Made by a program: the position numbers and the translations under genes | The notes under the pieces: model-generated | What the model was told of the DNA's origin: nothing | The model's input: the letters and a program-made list of their open reading frames with translations, nothing else | The model's database searches: none | NCBI GenBank assembly: GCA_041661385.1 | Contig: JBAZUP010000001.1 | Coordinates: forward strand, 209,692 to 273,691 | Direction: 5' to 3' | DNA length: 64,000 nucleotides | Source: Patescibacteria group bacterium | Lineage (GTDB): Bacteria; Patescibacteriota; Patescibacteriia; Magasanikbacterales; GWA2-37-8 | Part shown: positions 1 through 8,812 of the stretch, in pieces | Layout of the letters: every line of letters begins with the position of its first letter | Numbering within the stretch: position 1 is the stretch's first letter

Positions 1-73
1 GGGGTCGCAACGTCTTCGGTAGTATATTCTTTTTTCAAGTCAACTACTTGTATGAGCGCCATATTTTTTGGAA

Positions 74-1645
74 TTATTTTATACTCAAGATAACCAGTTC
101 ACCTTCTTTAAGACCAGTTAATATTTCAACCTTACCTTCATTTGCCTTCATACCGATTGTAACAGTCTTCTCAACCGACTGACCATTTTCAAGTACTTTA
201 ACATATTTAGTGCCGTCAGTTCGTGTTTTTACACTGCGTAAAGGAATGCTTAAAACATTATCTTTTTGAGCAGCATTCACTGAGACGTTTGCGGTCATGC
301 CGGGTTTAACGGCTTTGTTAGTGTCATCGAGACTGATTCGTACTTTGTAATACACAACATCCTGAACCTCAGTAGAACCAGGATCAATAGTTAAGATAAG
401 ACCGGAAAATTTTGTTTCTTCACCAAATGCATCTAAGGTAATCTCGGCTTTTTCGCCAACATTGATTTTAGCGACATCAGTTTCCGGAATATCAACATTT
501 ACTTCGTAATGAGGTGAAAGTAAATTTATGATTGCTTCAGAACCGTTTACAGTCTCGCCAATTTTTTTATTTACTTTAGTAATAATTCCATCAATCGGCG
601 CACGAATAATCGCTTTATCTCGATTTGCGACTGCCTGAGCTAGCGCCGCACGATATGGTGCAACATCGACATCGCGGGGCGGAACAACTTTGCCTTGATA
701 ATTAGCCAAAGCTTGATTGTAAGCAGCACGCCTAATACTAATAGCATTTTTGGCATTGGTAACTACTTGGCTCTGCCCAACAAATGATGTGTACTGCGTG
801 GCGAGAGTAATACGAGTTGATTCAATTGTTGTTTTTTTACCATCCAAGATTGCCTGCGTAAACGAACCATTGGTCACAGTGTTATTTAACATCTCCGATA
901 CATCAGCTAAGAGTTGGTTAAAAGCAACAAACGCAGTATCAATAGCCGGAACAACCAAATCAACGGATGAAGTTGAACTAATAGAAATTAGATTTAAAGC
1001 TAATGATCTAGCATTGTCACGAGCTCTTTTGGCTGCGCTATAATCTATGGAAGATTTTCCGATCAAAGAAGGTTTCTGCACTGATAATAGGGTCTTAAAA
1101 TCCGCGTTAGCATTTGTATTATCAATCCCTAAAATATTGTCGGCTTGAGTTAAACTGTCGTCTAATCTTGGCAAGCTGGCTTGAATTGCCACGATCATGG
1201 TATTGCGGGCATTTACCTCGTCCGCGATAGATTGATCAAGCGAAGCTTTCGCAGATTCAACCGCCGCCGCATAATATTGTTTATCCTGATCGGTTGATCC
1301 GGCCAAAATTTTATTCAAATTTGCCTGAGATTGAGCAACTGCAGCATCAAGTTCGGCCAAGCGAATATTCGCAAGAATTTGTCCAGTTTTAACAATCGAC
1401 CCTTCAGCCACATTCATTCTTTCGATTGTTCCTGGCATTTCAAATCGCAAGGAAATATCATTTTTCGATTCTACTTTACCGGTTGCGTCGACAGTTTGTT
1501 TTAGGGTTTCAAGAACAACCGGAACGGTTTCATATACCGGCGGTTTATTTTTTGCCTGATAACTGCGATACCAATAAAAACTACCGCCGGCAACAATGAG
1601 CAAGGCGATAATATATCTGGCTTTTAGAAATTTCTTTAAGTTCAT
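74..1645 (-). CDS. HlyD-family periplasmic adaptor (membrane-fusion protein) of an efflux/secretion system
   Basis: 523 aa. It has an N-terminal TM helix, a long coiled-coil middle region and C-terminal beta-barrel/lipoyl-like segments (TGKVESKNDISLRFEMPGTIERMNVAEGSIVKTGQIL). This is the typical HlyD/MFP architecture. Confidence 0.65.
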   Translation of the reverse strand: MNLKKFLKARYIIALLIVAGGSFYWYRSYQAKNKPPVYETVPVVLETLKQTVDATGKVESKNDISLRFEMPGTIERMNVAEGSIVKTGQILANIRLAELDAAVAQSQANLNKILAGSTDQDKQYYAAAVESAKASLDQSIADEVNARNTMIVAIQASLPRLDDSLTQADNILGIDNTNANADFKTLLSVQKPSLIGKSSIDYSAAKRARDNARSLALNLISISSTSSVDLVVPAIDTAFVAFNQLLADVSEMLNNTVTNGSFTQAILDGKKTTIESTRITLATQYTSFVGQSQVVTNAKNAISIRRAAYNQALANYQGKVVPPRDVDVAPYRAALAQAVANRDKAIIRAPIDGIITKVNKKIGETVNGSEAIINLLSPHYEVNVDIPETDVAKINVGEKAEITLDAFGEETKFSGLILTIDPGSTEVQDVVYYKVRISLDDTNKAVKPGMTANVSVNAAQKDNVLSIPLRSVKTRTDGTKYVKVLENGQSVEKTVTIGMKANEGKVEILTGLKEGELVILSIK

Positions 1646-1648
1646 AAA

Positions 1649-1870
1649 CTAAAATTTAAGATGCTTGGTTAAATGTTTTATGTAAGTTTCCATTTTTTTC
1701 TTTGAGACGAAAATCAGAGTTTCATTATGAACCAATGCGACCAAACTATCTCCAGTTTTAATCTTGAGAGCGGCCCGCGCTTCTTTTGGTATAACTATTT
1801 GACCGCGCTCACCAAGACTAGTTACGCCGCAAACTTCGGGATAATCACCCATTTTCAGTTTTTTCTTCAT
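1649..1870 (-). CDS. AbrB/MazE (SpoVT-AbrB) family DNA-binding protein
   Basis: Looped-hinge-helix motif GQIVIPKEARAALKIKTGDSL. The N-terminal 25-30 aa of the ORF-track product are probably a spurious extension. Alternative starts are at 1870 or 1852. The gene ends 4 bp before the hlyD-like gene. Confidence 0.5.
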   Translation of the reverse strand: MKKKLKMGDYPEVCGVTSLGERGQIVIPKEARAALKIKTGDSLVALVHNETLIFVSKKKMETYIKHLTKHLKF

Positions 1871-1929
1871 AAAATATGATAAGTATGAATAATCATACTT
1901 ATCATATAAATATTTTTGCCTTTTGTCAA

Positions 1930-3381
1930 TTAAGATTTTTCCCAATCTTGAACGTTTTTTAGGTACTCATCTTTAATTTTTTCAAAATAGATTTTGGCCG
2001 GTTCATATTCATTCGGAATTATTCCATCCAAAATTGCTTCCTCAATCGCAGTTTTAATTTTACCAACCGTCGGACCCGGTTTAAGACCGCAAACTGACAT
2101 TATTTCATCACCGCGAACCGGCGATTGAAAAGACAACATTTTATCCTTTTCTATTACTTCTGCCACCCGCTTTTCAAGTCGATCGTAATTTTTAAGACGG
2201 CGCTCTTTTTTTAAAGGATTACCAGTTGTAATATCACTTCGGCCGAGAATTAGTAAATCATTTATATGAACACCAAGCGTAACAATAAGACGCCTGACCG
2301 CTGAATCGGTAATCCCCTCATCCATAAGCGATATGGGTTGGAGATGCCAGCGAATAAGTTTGGCAATATAATCGGTTGTATCTTTAGAAAATTTAAGCCG
2401 TTTAGCAATGACATATAACATTTTTTTACCCAAATGTTCATGAGCATGAAAAGTCCAGCCGATTTTTGGAATAAATTCTTTGGTGCCGGTTTTGCCAATA
2501 TCATGCAGAAGACCAGCCAGGCGTAACCAAACATTATCGGATTGCTCCGCAATATTATCTACGACTTTAAATGAGTGGATCAAATTATTTTTATGCTGAT
2601 GACCGAATATTTCTTCAACCCCATCAAGATTTGCAACTTCCGGTAAGATTTGTTCAAGTAAACCGGTATGAAATAAAAGCCCAAGACAAACCGAGGGTTG
2701 TTCTATTGCCATCATTTTTAATATTTCATCCTGAATTCTTTCACCAGATATTATTTTTATTCTGGATCGATTTTTATGGATTGACTCAAGTGTCGATTTA
2801 TCAATAAAAAACTTCAGTTGTCCAGCAAAACGAATCGCTCTAAGCATTCGAAGCGGATCATCGGAAAAAGTCGTATCCGGATCAAGCGGAGTGCGCAAAA
2901 CCATTTTTTCCAGATCTTTCTCCCCTCCGTAGGGATCGGTTAAGCTTTTTTTCAACGCGGCGGCCGTAACCTTTTTTATAAATATTTTAACCGGCGCCGC
3001 CATAGCATTTATCGTAAAATCACGACGACTAAGATCGGTATTTAAATCAGCGGTTTCCACTTTTGGCTTACGAGACTTCGACTGATAGGTTTCCGATCGA
3101 GCGCCGGCAAATTCAACCTCGATTGTATCCTCTTCACCATCTTTCAAAACATATCGCGCGGTATCAAAATCTGGAAATTCTACCAAAGAACCAATTTTCT
3201 CCATTGTTATATCAAATTTCTTGGCAAACTCAACTCCTCCACCAACCACAACACAATCAATATCTTTTTTTTCTTTTCGCCCCAGCAACAAATCGCGCAC
3301 ATAGCCACCAACGACAAAAACCTCCGTTTTATTTTCGGAGGCTGTGTCATTAATTTTTTTAAATATCTCAATCAATTTCAT
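1930..3381 (-). CDS. cca: CCA tRNA nucleotidyltransferase (Pol-beta nucleotidyltransferase head plus HD domain)
   Basis: Motifs GGYVRDLLLGR...DIDCVV (nucleotidyltransferase) and LLHDIGK (HD domain). The start was moved to the internal Met (MKLIEIF), which removes the 52-bp overlap with pilT. Confidence 0.7.
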   Translation of the reverse strand: MKLIEIFKKINDTASENKTEVFVVGGYVRDLLLGRKEKKDIDCVVVGGGVEFAKKFDITMEKIGSLVEFPDFDTARYVLKDGEEDTIEVEFAGARSETYQSKSRKPKVETADLNTDLSRRDFTINAMAAPVKIFIKKVTAAALKKSLTDPYGGEKDLEKMVLRTPLDPDTTFSDDPLRMLRAIRFAGQLKFFIDKSTLESIHKNRSRIKIISGERIQDEILKMMAIEQPSVCLGLLFHTGLLEQILPEVANLDGVEEIFGHQHKNNLIHSFKVVDNIAEQSDNVWLRLAGLLHDIGKTGTKEFIPKIGWTFHAHEHLGKKMLYVIAKRLKFSKDTTDYIAKLIRWHLQPISLMDEGITDSAVRRLIVTLGVHINDLLILGRSDITTGNPLKKERRLKNYDRLEKRVAEVIEKDKMLSFQSPVRGDEIMSVCGLKPGPTVGKIKTAIEEAILDGIIPNEYEPAKIYFEKIKDEYLKNVQDWEKS

Positions 3382-3415
3382 ATCATCTTTACTCTCCGCT
3401 CCTTCAGAATTATTC

Positions 3416-4453
3416 TTAATCAACCTTGCGATGTATACCAGTTCGGTTCGCCGCTTCTTTTTCATCAATCAGACCTTCTTTAACCAGCTGTCGAACCGAG
3501 TTTTCCATCGTTACCATCCCTTCTTTCGCACCAGTTTGAATAGCAGATTTTATTTGAGGAATATTATTTTCTCGAATAAGGTTCGCGACACCTGCCGTAT
3601 TAACCATAATTTCACGGGCCGGCACTCGTCCGCCGTCTTTGGCGGGAATTAACTGCTGAGCAACCACACCGCGAAGAACCGCTGAAAGTTGAATGAGAAC
3701 TTGCTTTTGTTTTGAACCTTCAAAAACATCCACAATTCTTTCTACTGCTTCTGCGGCACTACCGGTATGCAAAGTAGAAAATACCAAGTGACCGGTTTCT
3801 GCCGCCGTTATTACCGTCGCGATTGTTTCCGGATCGCGCATTTCTCCCACAAAAATTACATTCGGATCCTGACGCAAAACATATTTAAGCGCATTCGCAA
3901 ATGACTTTGTGTCCGTTCCGACTTCACGCTGTTCAATAAGACTTTGCTTATTACTAAACACAAATTCAATCGGGTCTTCAATAGAGATAATATGCGCACG
4001 TCTCGTTTTGTTTATTTCTTCAATCATGGAAGCGATCGTGGTAGATTTTCCGCACCCCGTCGGACCGGTGATAAGGACAAGTCCATCTACTAATTTTGAA
4101 AAACCAAGCAACGAACTTTCAAAATGCAAAGCTTCTGGTGTTGGAATATCTTTGGGAATAAGACGCGCGGTAAGAGCGATATTTTCTTGCTGCTGATGCA
4201 GGTTAACGCGAAACCTAACATCATCAACTGAAAAACCAAAATCCAGTTCTTTATCTTGTTCAAACTTAGCAATTTGCTCTTTAGTAATAATTGAATAGAT
4301 TCCAGTTTGTAAAAGTTTATTTTCTAAAACGGTATCCTCAATGTTTTGTAACACGCCCTCAATGCGCAAAATCGGATTTGTGGAACCAACTAAGTGCAGA
4401 TCTGAAGCATCTCGCTTTATCGCTTCTCTAAAGTAAGCTTTGATTGGTTGCAT
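3416..4453 (-). CDS. pilT: Type IV pilus retraction ATPase PilT
   Basis: 345 aa. Walker A GPTGCGKSTT, Asp box, AHLVFSTLHT and an N-terminal PilT domain. Confidence 0.8.
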   Translation of the reverse strand: MQPIKAYFREAIKRDASDLHLVGSTNPILRIEGVLQNIEDTVLENKLLQTGIYSIITKEQIAKFEQDKELDFGFSVDDVRFRVNLHQQQENIALTARLIPKDIPTPEALHFESSLLGFSKLVDGLVLITGPTGCGKSTTIASMIEEINKTRRAHIISIEDPIEFVFSNKQSLIEQREVGTDTKSFANALKYVLRQDPNVIFVGEMRDPETIATVITAAETGHLVFSTLHTGSAAEAVERIVDVFEGSKQKQVLIQLSAVLRGVVAQQLIPAKDGGRVPAREIMVNTAGVANLIRENNIPQIKSAIQTGAKEGMVTMENSVRQLVKEGLIDEKEAANRTGIHRKVD

Positions 4454-4553
4454 ATTTATCTCCTTAGGTTAAAATTATAGCTTAATTATACAATAAACCG
4501 GCCGACTTGAAAAGCATCAATAAATATGGTAGTCTTATGAAGCAATTTTGCCA

Positions 4554-4627
4554 CGGGCTGTAGCGAAGTTGGCTATCGCGTCTGCATGGGGTGCAGAAGA
4601 TCGCAGGTTCAAGTCCTGTCAGCCCGA
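4554..4627 (+). tRNA. tRNA-Pro (anticodon GGG)
   Basis: Manually folded cloverleaf. Acceptor CGGGCTG/CAGCCCG, D-stem GCGA/TCGC, anticodon stem TCTGC/GCAGA with loop ATGGGGT, T-arm GCAGG-TTCAAGT-CCTGT. No encoded CCA. Confidence 0.65.
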
Positions 4628-4735
4628 CGCGAGCCAAACCAGTACAATAAACGAAATCCGGTTATATGCCGCTACGCGTCATATAGCCCTCATCGCTCGA
4701 AAATAAGAATTAATTTCTTATTTTACTCACTCTAT

Positions 4736-4808
4736 CGGGCTATAGCGCAGTTGGTAGCGCGCGTGGTTCGGGACCACGAGGCCGTGGGTTCAAGTCCCAC
4801 TAGCCCGA
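4736..4808 (+). tRNA. tRNA-Pro (anticodon CGG)
   Basis: Acceptor CGGGCTA/TAGCCCG, D-arm GCGC-AGTTGGTA-GCGC, anticodon stem CGTGG/CCACG with loop TTCGGGA, T-arm GTGGG-TTCAAGT-CCCAC. Confidence 0.7.
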
Positions 4809-4813
4809 CAAAA

Positions 4814-4848
4814 AACAAAACAAGCTTTTTAAGCTTGTTTTGTTAAAA
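4814..4848. terminator. Perfect 14-bp palindromic hairpin (AACAAAACAAGCTT-TTT-AAGCTTGTTTTGTT) after the tRNA pair
   Basis: Stem 4814-4827 pairs with 4831-4844 around a 3-nt loop, and the 3' arm is U-rich. It is a likely intrinsic terminator or processing site. Confidence 0.45.
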
Positions 4849-4888
4849 GTTGAAACCTAAATTGAAAGTAAAAAAAACATGAAAAAAC

Positions 4889-4916
4889 TTTGACATATCC
4901 AGCTTTTGCAGTAAAA
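4889..4916 (+). promoter_or_regulatory. Sigma-70-like promoter TTGACA-16-TAAAAT upstream of the 4948 gene
   Basis: Hexamers at 4889-4894 and 4911-4916, about 30 bp upstream of the ATG. Confidence 0.4.
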
Positions 4917-4947
4917 TACTAATATATCTATTAATAATTATAAATAT

Positions 4948-5910
4948 ATGGAAAATACGACCCAAGAAGAGAAAACTACAACGCCAAAACACGTGTTTTT
5001 ACACCTGTTCGTAATTATTATGCTGTACGCCAGCACGATTAATTTTGTCACCCTTTTATTTCAATACATTAACTATTGGGTTGCTGACCCGCTTTTAAGG
5101 ACCTCTTATTCTATTTCATATAACGCGGATTTAATTCGTTTTGGTATTGCGGCTTTAATTATTATTTTTCCGGTATTTATTTTGTCTTCAAAATTCTTAA
5201 ATTCTAGTTATCTCAAAAATGCAGCCATCCGTGAAATGCGCATTAGAAAATGGCTGATATATTTTACCCTTTTTGTTTCAGCCTTAATTATAGTTGGCGA
5301 CTTAGTTGGAATAATACTTTCCTTTCTCAACGGAGAAGCTACCCTTCGCTTCATTTTAAAAGCGCTTACCATTCTATCCGTCACAGGCTTAATATTTTTC
5401 TATTATTTAGGAGATTTAAGAGATTCAGTTTCTTCAAAGAATATAAAAATATTTGTCTGGGGTGTAATCGGTGCGGTAACTGTCGCAATTATTACCGGTT
5501 TTTTTGTAGTGGGTTCGCCGAGTGTTTCAAGGGCTATCAGATTTGATAATGAAAGAACTGCAAACTTACAGGAAGCCCAGTATCAAATAATTAATTACTG
5601 GCAAAATAAAGGTAAACTTCCTGCAACCCTCGGCAATCTAACGGACAGCATTAGCGGTTACAAGACCCCGACAGATCCAGAAACCGGCACTGCTTATGAA
5701 TATTCAGTAACCGGCACAACGACATTTAAGTTGTGTGCAAACTTTAACTTAGCGAGCGATGCAAACAACCCAAATAGCATGCAAACCGGTGCGATTTACG
5801 CACCTTATCCAAATGGAAAAGTAGATAATTGGAGTCATGAAAAAGGCCGCACTTGCTTTGACAGAACAATTGATCCTGAAATCTATAAGCAATTTGACAA
5901 AATTAAATAA
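4948..5910 (+). CDS. Polytopic membrane protein (5 predicted TM helices) with a C-terminal type IV pilin-like globular domain
   Basis: Hydrophobic helices through residue about 190. The region RAIRFDNERTANLQEAQYQIINYWQNKGKLP...PTDPETGTAYEYSV...LCANF follows the Gram-positive/CPR pilin pattern (R..DL..I..AL.Y...G.YP ... P.DP ... Y.Y ... C). There is no prepilin cleavage motif. Confidence 0.5.
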   Translation: MENTTQEEKTTTPKHVFLHLFVIIMLYASTINFVTLLFQYINYWVADPLLRTSYSISYNADLIRFGIAALIIIFPVFILSSKFLNSSYLKNAAIREMRIRKWLIYFTLFVSALIIVGDLVGIILSFLNGEATLRFILKALTILSVTGLIFFYYLGDLRDSVSSKNIKIFVWGVIGAVTVAIITGFFVVGSPSVSRAIRFDNERTANLQEAQYQIINYWQNKGKLPATLGNLTDSISGYKTPTDPETGTAYEYSVTGTTTFKLCANFNLASDANNPNSMQTGAIYAPYPNGKVDNWSHEKGRTCFDRTIDPEIYKQFDKIK

Positions 5911-5950
5911 TATTCAGCATAAAATAAAAAATCGCCCTAGAGGCGATTTT

Positions 5951-6505
5951 TTATTTAGCTTTATTTTTTCGAAGATAAATATATATCATTAACAATGACC
6001 CGTAGTTCAAAATCATAAACCACGGCTGACCCCAAGAAAAACCATCAAATTTCCAATTTGAAAAGGGCCAAAGAAACGGTGTTGGATAAAATTTATAGCT
6101 ATGAGTGGGAATATCCATAATGATATGCATGAGCCATCCAATCATCACAATCGGCAAATCTCTCCAAGAAACAGATTTTCTAAATAAATATTTAATAATT
6201 AAAACCAGCGCAATAACTCCGAAGAAAACAAATAAACTATGTGAATAATTATATAATTGACTCGATAAAAGAAACGGTCCTCCCCCGCTTTGTTCTAGGG
6301 CAACAGAATTTTCAGGGCGGATAGGAATAATATTTATTCCTCTGAGGCGCATCCAAAGAAGCCAAATAATTGCCGGGGTAAATGCAAACAAATCCGGAAA
6401 CATTCCCCAAAAAGCCGCCAAAAATAAATTGAATTTAGTTTGTTTTTTCTTATTTATTCCTTTGACGGCTGCAGCGGCCCAGAGACCGTGAGAAATAATA
6501 TCCAT
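5951..6505 (-). CDS. YdjM/DUF457-like membrane-bound metal-dependent hydrolase
   Basis: Starts MDIISHGLW and has 4-5 TM segments, as in the DUF457 family. The start was moved to the internal Met to remove the overlap. Confidence 0.45.
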   Translation of the reverse strand: MDIISHGLWAAAAVKGINKKKQTKFNLFLAAFWGMFPDLFAFTPAIIWLLWMRLRGINIIPIRPENSVALEQSGGGPFLLSSQLYNYSHSLFVFFGVIALVLIIKYLFRKSVSWRDLPIVMIGWLMHIIMDIPTHSYKFYPTPFLWPFSNWKFDGFSWGQPWFMILNYGSLLMIYIYLRKNKAK

Positions 6506-6506
6506 A

Positions 6507-7715
6507 TTATTCGTGGGCCTGATATGCGAGCAAGCGCATTTTACGTTCAAACCTCCAAGAATTTATTCGTCCGGCGGAAATTACCGTAAGACCAGCCACA
6601 ATCGACTCCGTTGAACCAATGGTCGCGAGTGCCCAACCATTATCCATAATTCCGAGCAAGGCGCCCGTAATACCCATAACCGGCGCAAGCGAAGCGCCGA
6701 TAATAAGCCCCAGTCTCGCCGGGTTAGTAAAATCTTGGCGCAAAGCAATCCTAATTTCGCTTTCATCCTTTTGATCAAATGATAATTTATTTTCGATTTT
6801 TAATTTACGTAAATTTCTTCGATACATTAACAATGATTGAAATGCCGTGGTTAGAGATAATGCAACTGCAGAAAAACCAAATACCACGCCACCGAGTATC
6901 ATCTGTCCATTTACAAGCAAATGATGAACAGAAAAAGCTCCCCACGAAGCAAGGGCAAAAACAGGTATAAGTATTCGAGAACGTCTAATCAATTCTTTCC
7001 AGCTAAAACCAGAGCCGCGTAATGCAGATAATTCAGCTGCTTCACCAAGTAAATCATCGGTTGAAGCCGCAAATATTTTACCGATTCCAGCGGCATACTT
7101 TTCCAAAATATGCGCTACCGGACCGATTATAAATAGCGCTTTTATAATTGATTGCGCAATTTCTGTACGTTCGTGTGCATTATCAACGAGTACGCGATAG
7201 ATTGCGTAATCAATCTGTAAAGGATAAATAATTTCACTAAGTTCGGTCATAAACTGTTGATCTTCCGGTTTAATACCATTATTGTCTTCATCCACCAAAA
7301 CCAGGCGTTTAAAACGTAAATGATCATTTAAAATCGTTTTTACCGCTTCATCAATATTTTCACCGTGAACGTGAGCCCTTTGACGATCGCTTTCGGTTAC
7401 AATTGGACGATGTTTTTCACGCAATAATTTTGGTAACCAAGTAATTATATAATTTTCCTGACTAAAAACACTAATCGTATGAACCGCTTTCAAAACATTT
7501 TCAGGTGTTCTCGTCATGGTTCGAACTCCAATTGCCTTTCCGTCTTTTAAAAGTTGTCTAATTCGTTCCTTATATTGCGGAAAACGCCTAAAAATATATA
7601 CCAATTCAATCGGTACATATTGCTCCATGTCACATTCTTCCGGCAAAGAAATCAAATCCATTCGATAACTGCCGAGAATTTTTTTCTGAGCTTTTTTATT
7701 TCCGTATTCAAACAT
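6507..7715 (-). CDS. Hypothetical protein: unknown cytoplasmic N-terminal domain plus C-terminal multi-TM region
   Basis: ORF with coding-like composition and no recognisable motif. The start was moved to Met21 to abut the upstream gene. Confidence 0.4.
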   Translation of the reverse strand: MFEYGNKKAQKKILGSYRMDLISLPEECDMEQYVPIELVYIFRRFPQYKERIRQLLKDGKAIGVRTMTRTPENVLKAVHTISVFSQENYIITWLPKLLREKHRPIVTESDRQRAHVHGENIDEAVKTILNDHLRFKRLVLVDEDNNGIKPEDQQFMTELSEIIYPLQIDYAIYRVLVDNAHERTEIAQSIIKALFIIGPVAHILEKYAAGIGKIFAASTDDLLGEAAELSALRGSGFSWKELIRRSRILIPVFALASWGAFSVHHLLVNGQMILGGVVFGFSAVALSLTTAFQSLLMYRRNLRKLKIENKLSFDQKDESEIRIALRQDFTNPARLGLIIGASLAPVMGITGALLGIMDNGWALATIGSTESIVAGLTVISAGRINSWRFERKMRLLAYQAHE

Positions 7716-7716
7716 A

Positions 7717-8796
7717 TTATAACTCGATAAGCGTTTGATCGCCGATAATAAGACGGTGGGTTTTTTTTGTTTCATTTTTTACAACTTTTGCCTGATCGCC
7801 AATAATACTATTTTTTATCACAACTTTTGCTTCGATGCGGCAGTTCGAAAAAATTATTGATTCCGAAATACTGGCATTTTTAACCGTACTGCCGGAACCA
7901 ATAGTTACATTCGGTCCGATTTCACATTTTTCCAAAAAACAATTATCACCAATAATAACCGGCCCGATAATTTTTACACCAGATCCTATTTTTAGTTCTT
8001 TTCCAAGATGAACTCGTCCTTTAATTTTAAGTTTGTGGCCATTGCTCCCTGAAAACTCATCATCTTTCATTACCTCCAGCAAAAGTTTATTTGCCAATAT
8101 TAAATCTTCCGGCATGCCGGTATCTTTCCACCAGCCGGTCACTTCTTCCCAACCTACCTTTTTTCCTTGTTTTAAAAAATAAGAATGGATGTCTGAAATT
8201 TCAAATTCCCCTCTTGAAGATTTTTGAATATGTTGAAAAGCATCGAAAAATATTTTCGGACCATATAAATATATTCCGGTTACCGCAAAATTATTGGAAG
8301 GGTTTTTTGGTTTTTCCTGCACTTCTATCAATTCATTTTTTTCGTTAAATACTGGCACACCAAATCGCTCTGGATCGTTCACGCGAGAAAAAGCCAACAT
8401 ACAATCATTATTGTTGCTTGTGAATTTTTCAAAAAACGGCACTAAACTGCCAAGCACAATATTATCTGACAGATAAAATATAAAAGGATCGTCCCCAATA
8501 AAATCTTTCGCGCAGTTCACCACATGGGCAATACCCTGAGGACCGCCGGTTTGTTCAAAATATTTAATTTTAACACCCCACCGGCTGCCGTCGCCGACAA
8601 CATTCTGAAGTTGGACTTCACCAGGGTTGGTATTAATAAAAATTTCATTAACGCCAGCCTCAATAACCTTTTCAATCGCATGAAAAATCATCGGCTTGTT
8701 GGCAAGCGGTATTAAATGTTTATTGATGGTAGTCGTAATCGGCCGAAGTCGAGTAGCTCTGCCACCGCCGGTAAGAATGGCTTTTGTGATTTTCAT
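7717..8796 (-). CDS. Sugar-1-phosphate nucleotidyltransferase (glucose-1-phosphate thymidylyltransferase-like, long form with C-terminal left-handed beta-helix)
   Basis: N-terminus MKITKAILTGGGRATRLRPITTTINKHLIPLANKPMI is the G-x-G-T-R-L signature. The C-terminus has hexapeptide repeats. Confidence 0.7.
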   Translation of the reverse strand: MKITKAILTGGGRATRLRPITTTINKHLIPLANKPMIFHAIEKVIEAGVNEIFINTNPGEVQLQNVVGDGSRWGVKIKYFEQTGGPQGIAHVVNCAKDFIGDDPFIFYLSDNIVLGSLVPFFEKFTSNNNDCMLAFSRVNDPERFGVPVFNEKNELIEVQEKPKNPSNNFAVTGIYLYGPKIFFDAFQHIQKSSRGEFEISDIHSYFLKQGKKVGWEEVTGWWKDTGMPEDLILANKLLLEVMKDDEFSGSNGHKLKIKGRVHLGKELKIGSGVKIIGPVIIGDNCFLEKCEIGPNVTIGSGSTVKNASISESIIFSNCRIEAKVVIKNSIIGDQAKVVKNETKKTHRLIIGDQTLIEL

Positions 8797-8812
8797 AGCA
8801 ATAGGCGATATT

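Noticed and set aside
750-1043. Plus-strand 97-aa ORF inside the hlyD-like gene. This stands for the many short antisense or internal ORFs in the track, for example 2262-2552, 2571-2807, 3063-3652, 3909-4272, 5250-5546, 6581-6970, 8091-8715, 10245-10436, 11028-11408, 12367-12645, 14808-15804, 20026-20250, 23020-23232, 25541-26611, 27190-27509, 28710-28973, 34749-35345, 35871-36748, 37164-38163, 41436-43577, 46988-47727, 49601-50446, 53656-54193, 54792-56168, 61329-61577 and 62221-62733.
   Set aside because: All lie entirely within or antisense to longer ORFs with strong domain evidence. They have low-complexity or atypical composition and there is no independent support.
4586-4846. 86-aa plus-strand ORF spanning the two tRNA-Pro genes
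   Set aside because: It overlaps two well-folded tRNA cloverleaves. It is a translation artefact of a structured RNA region.
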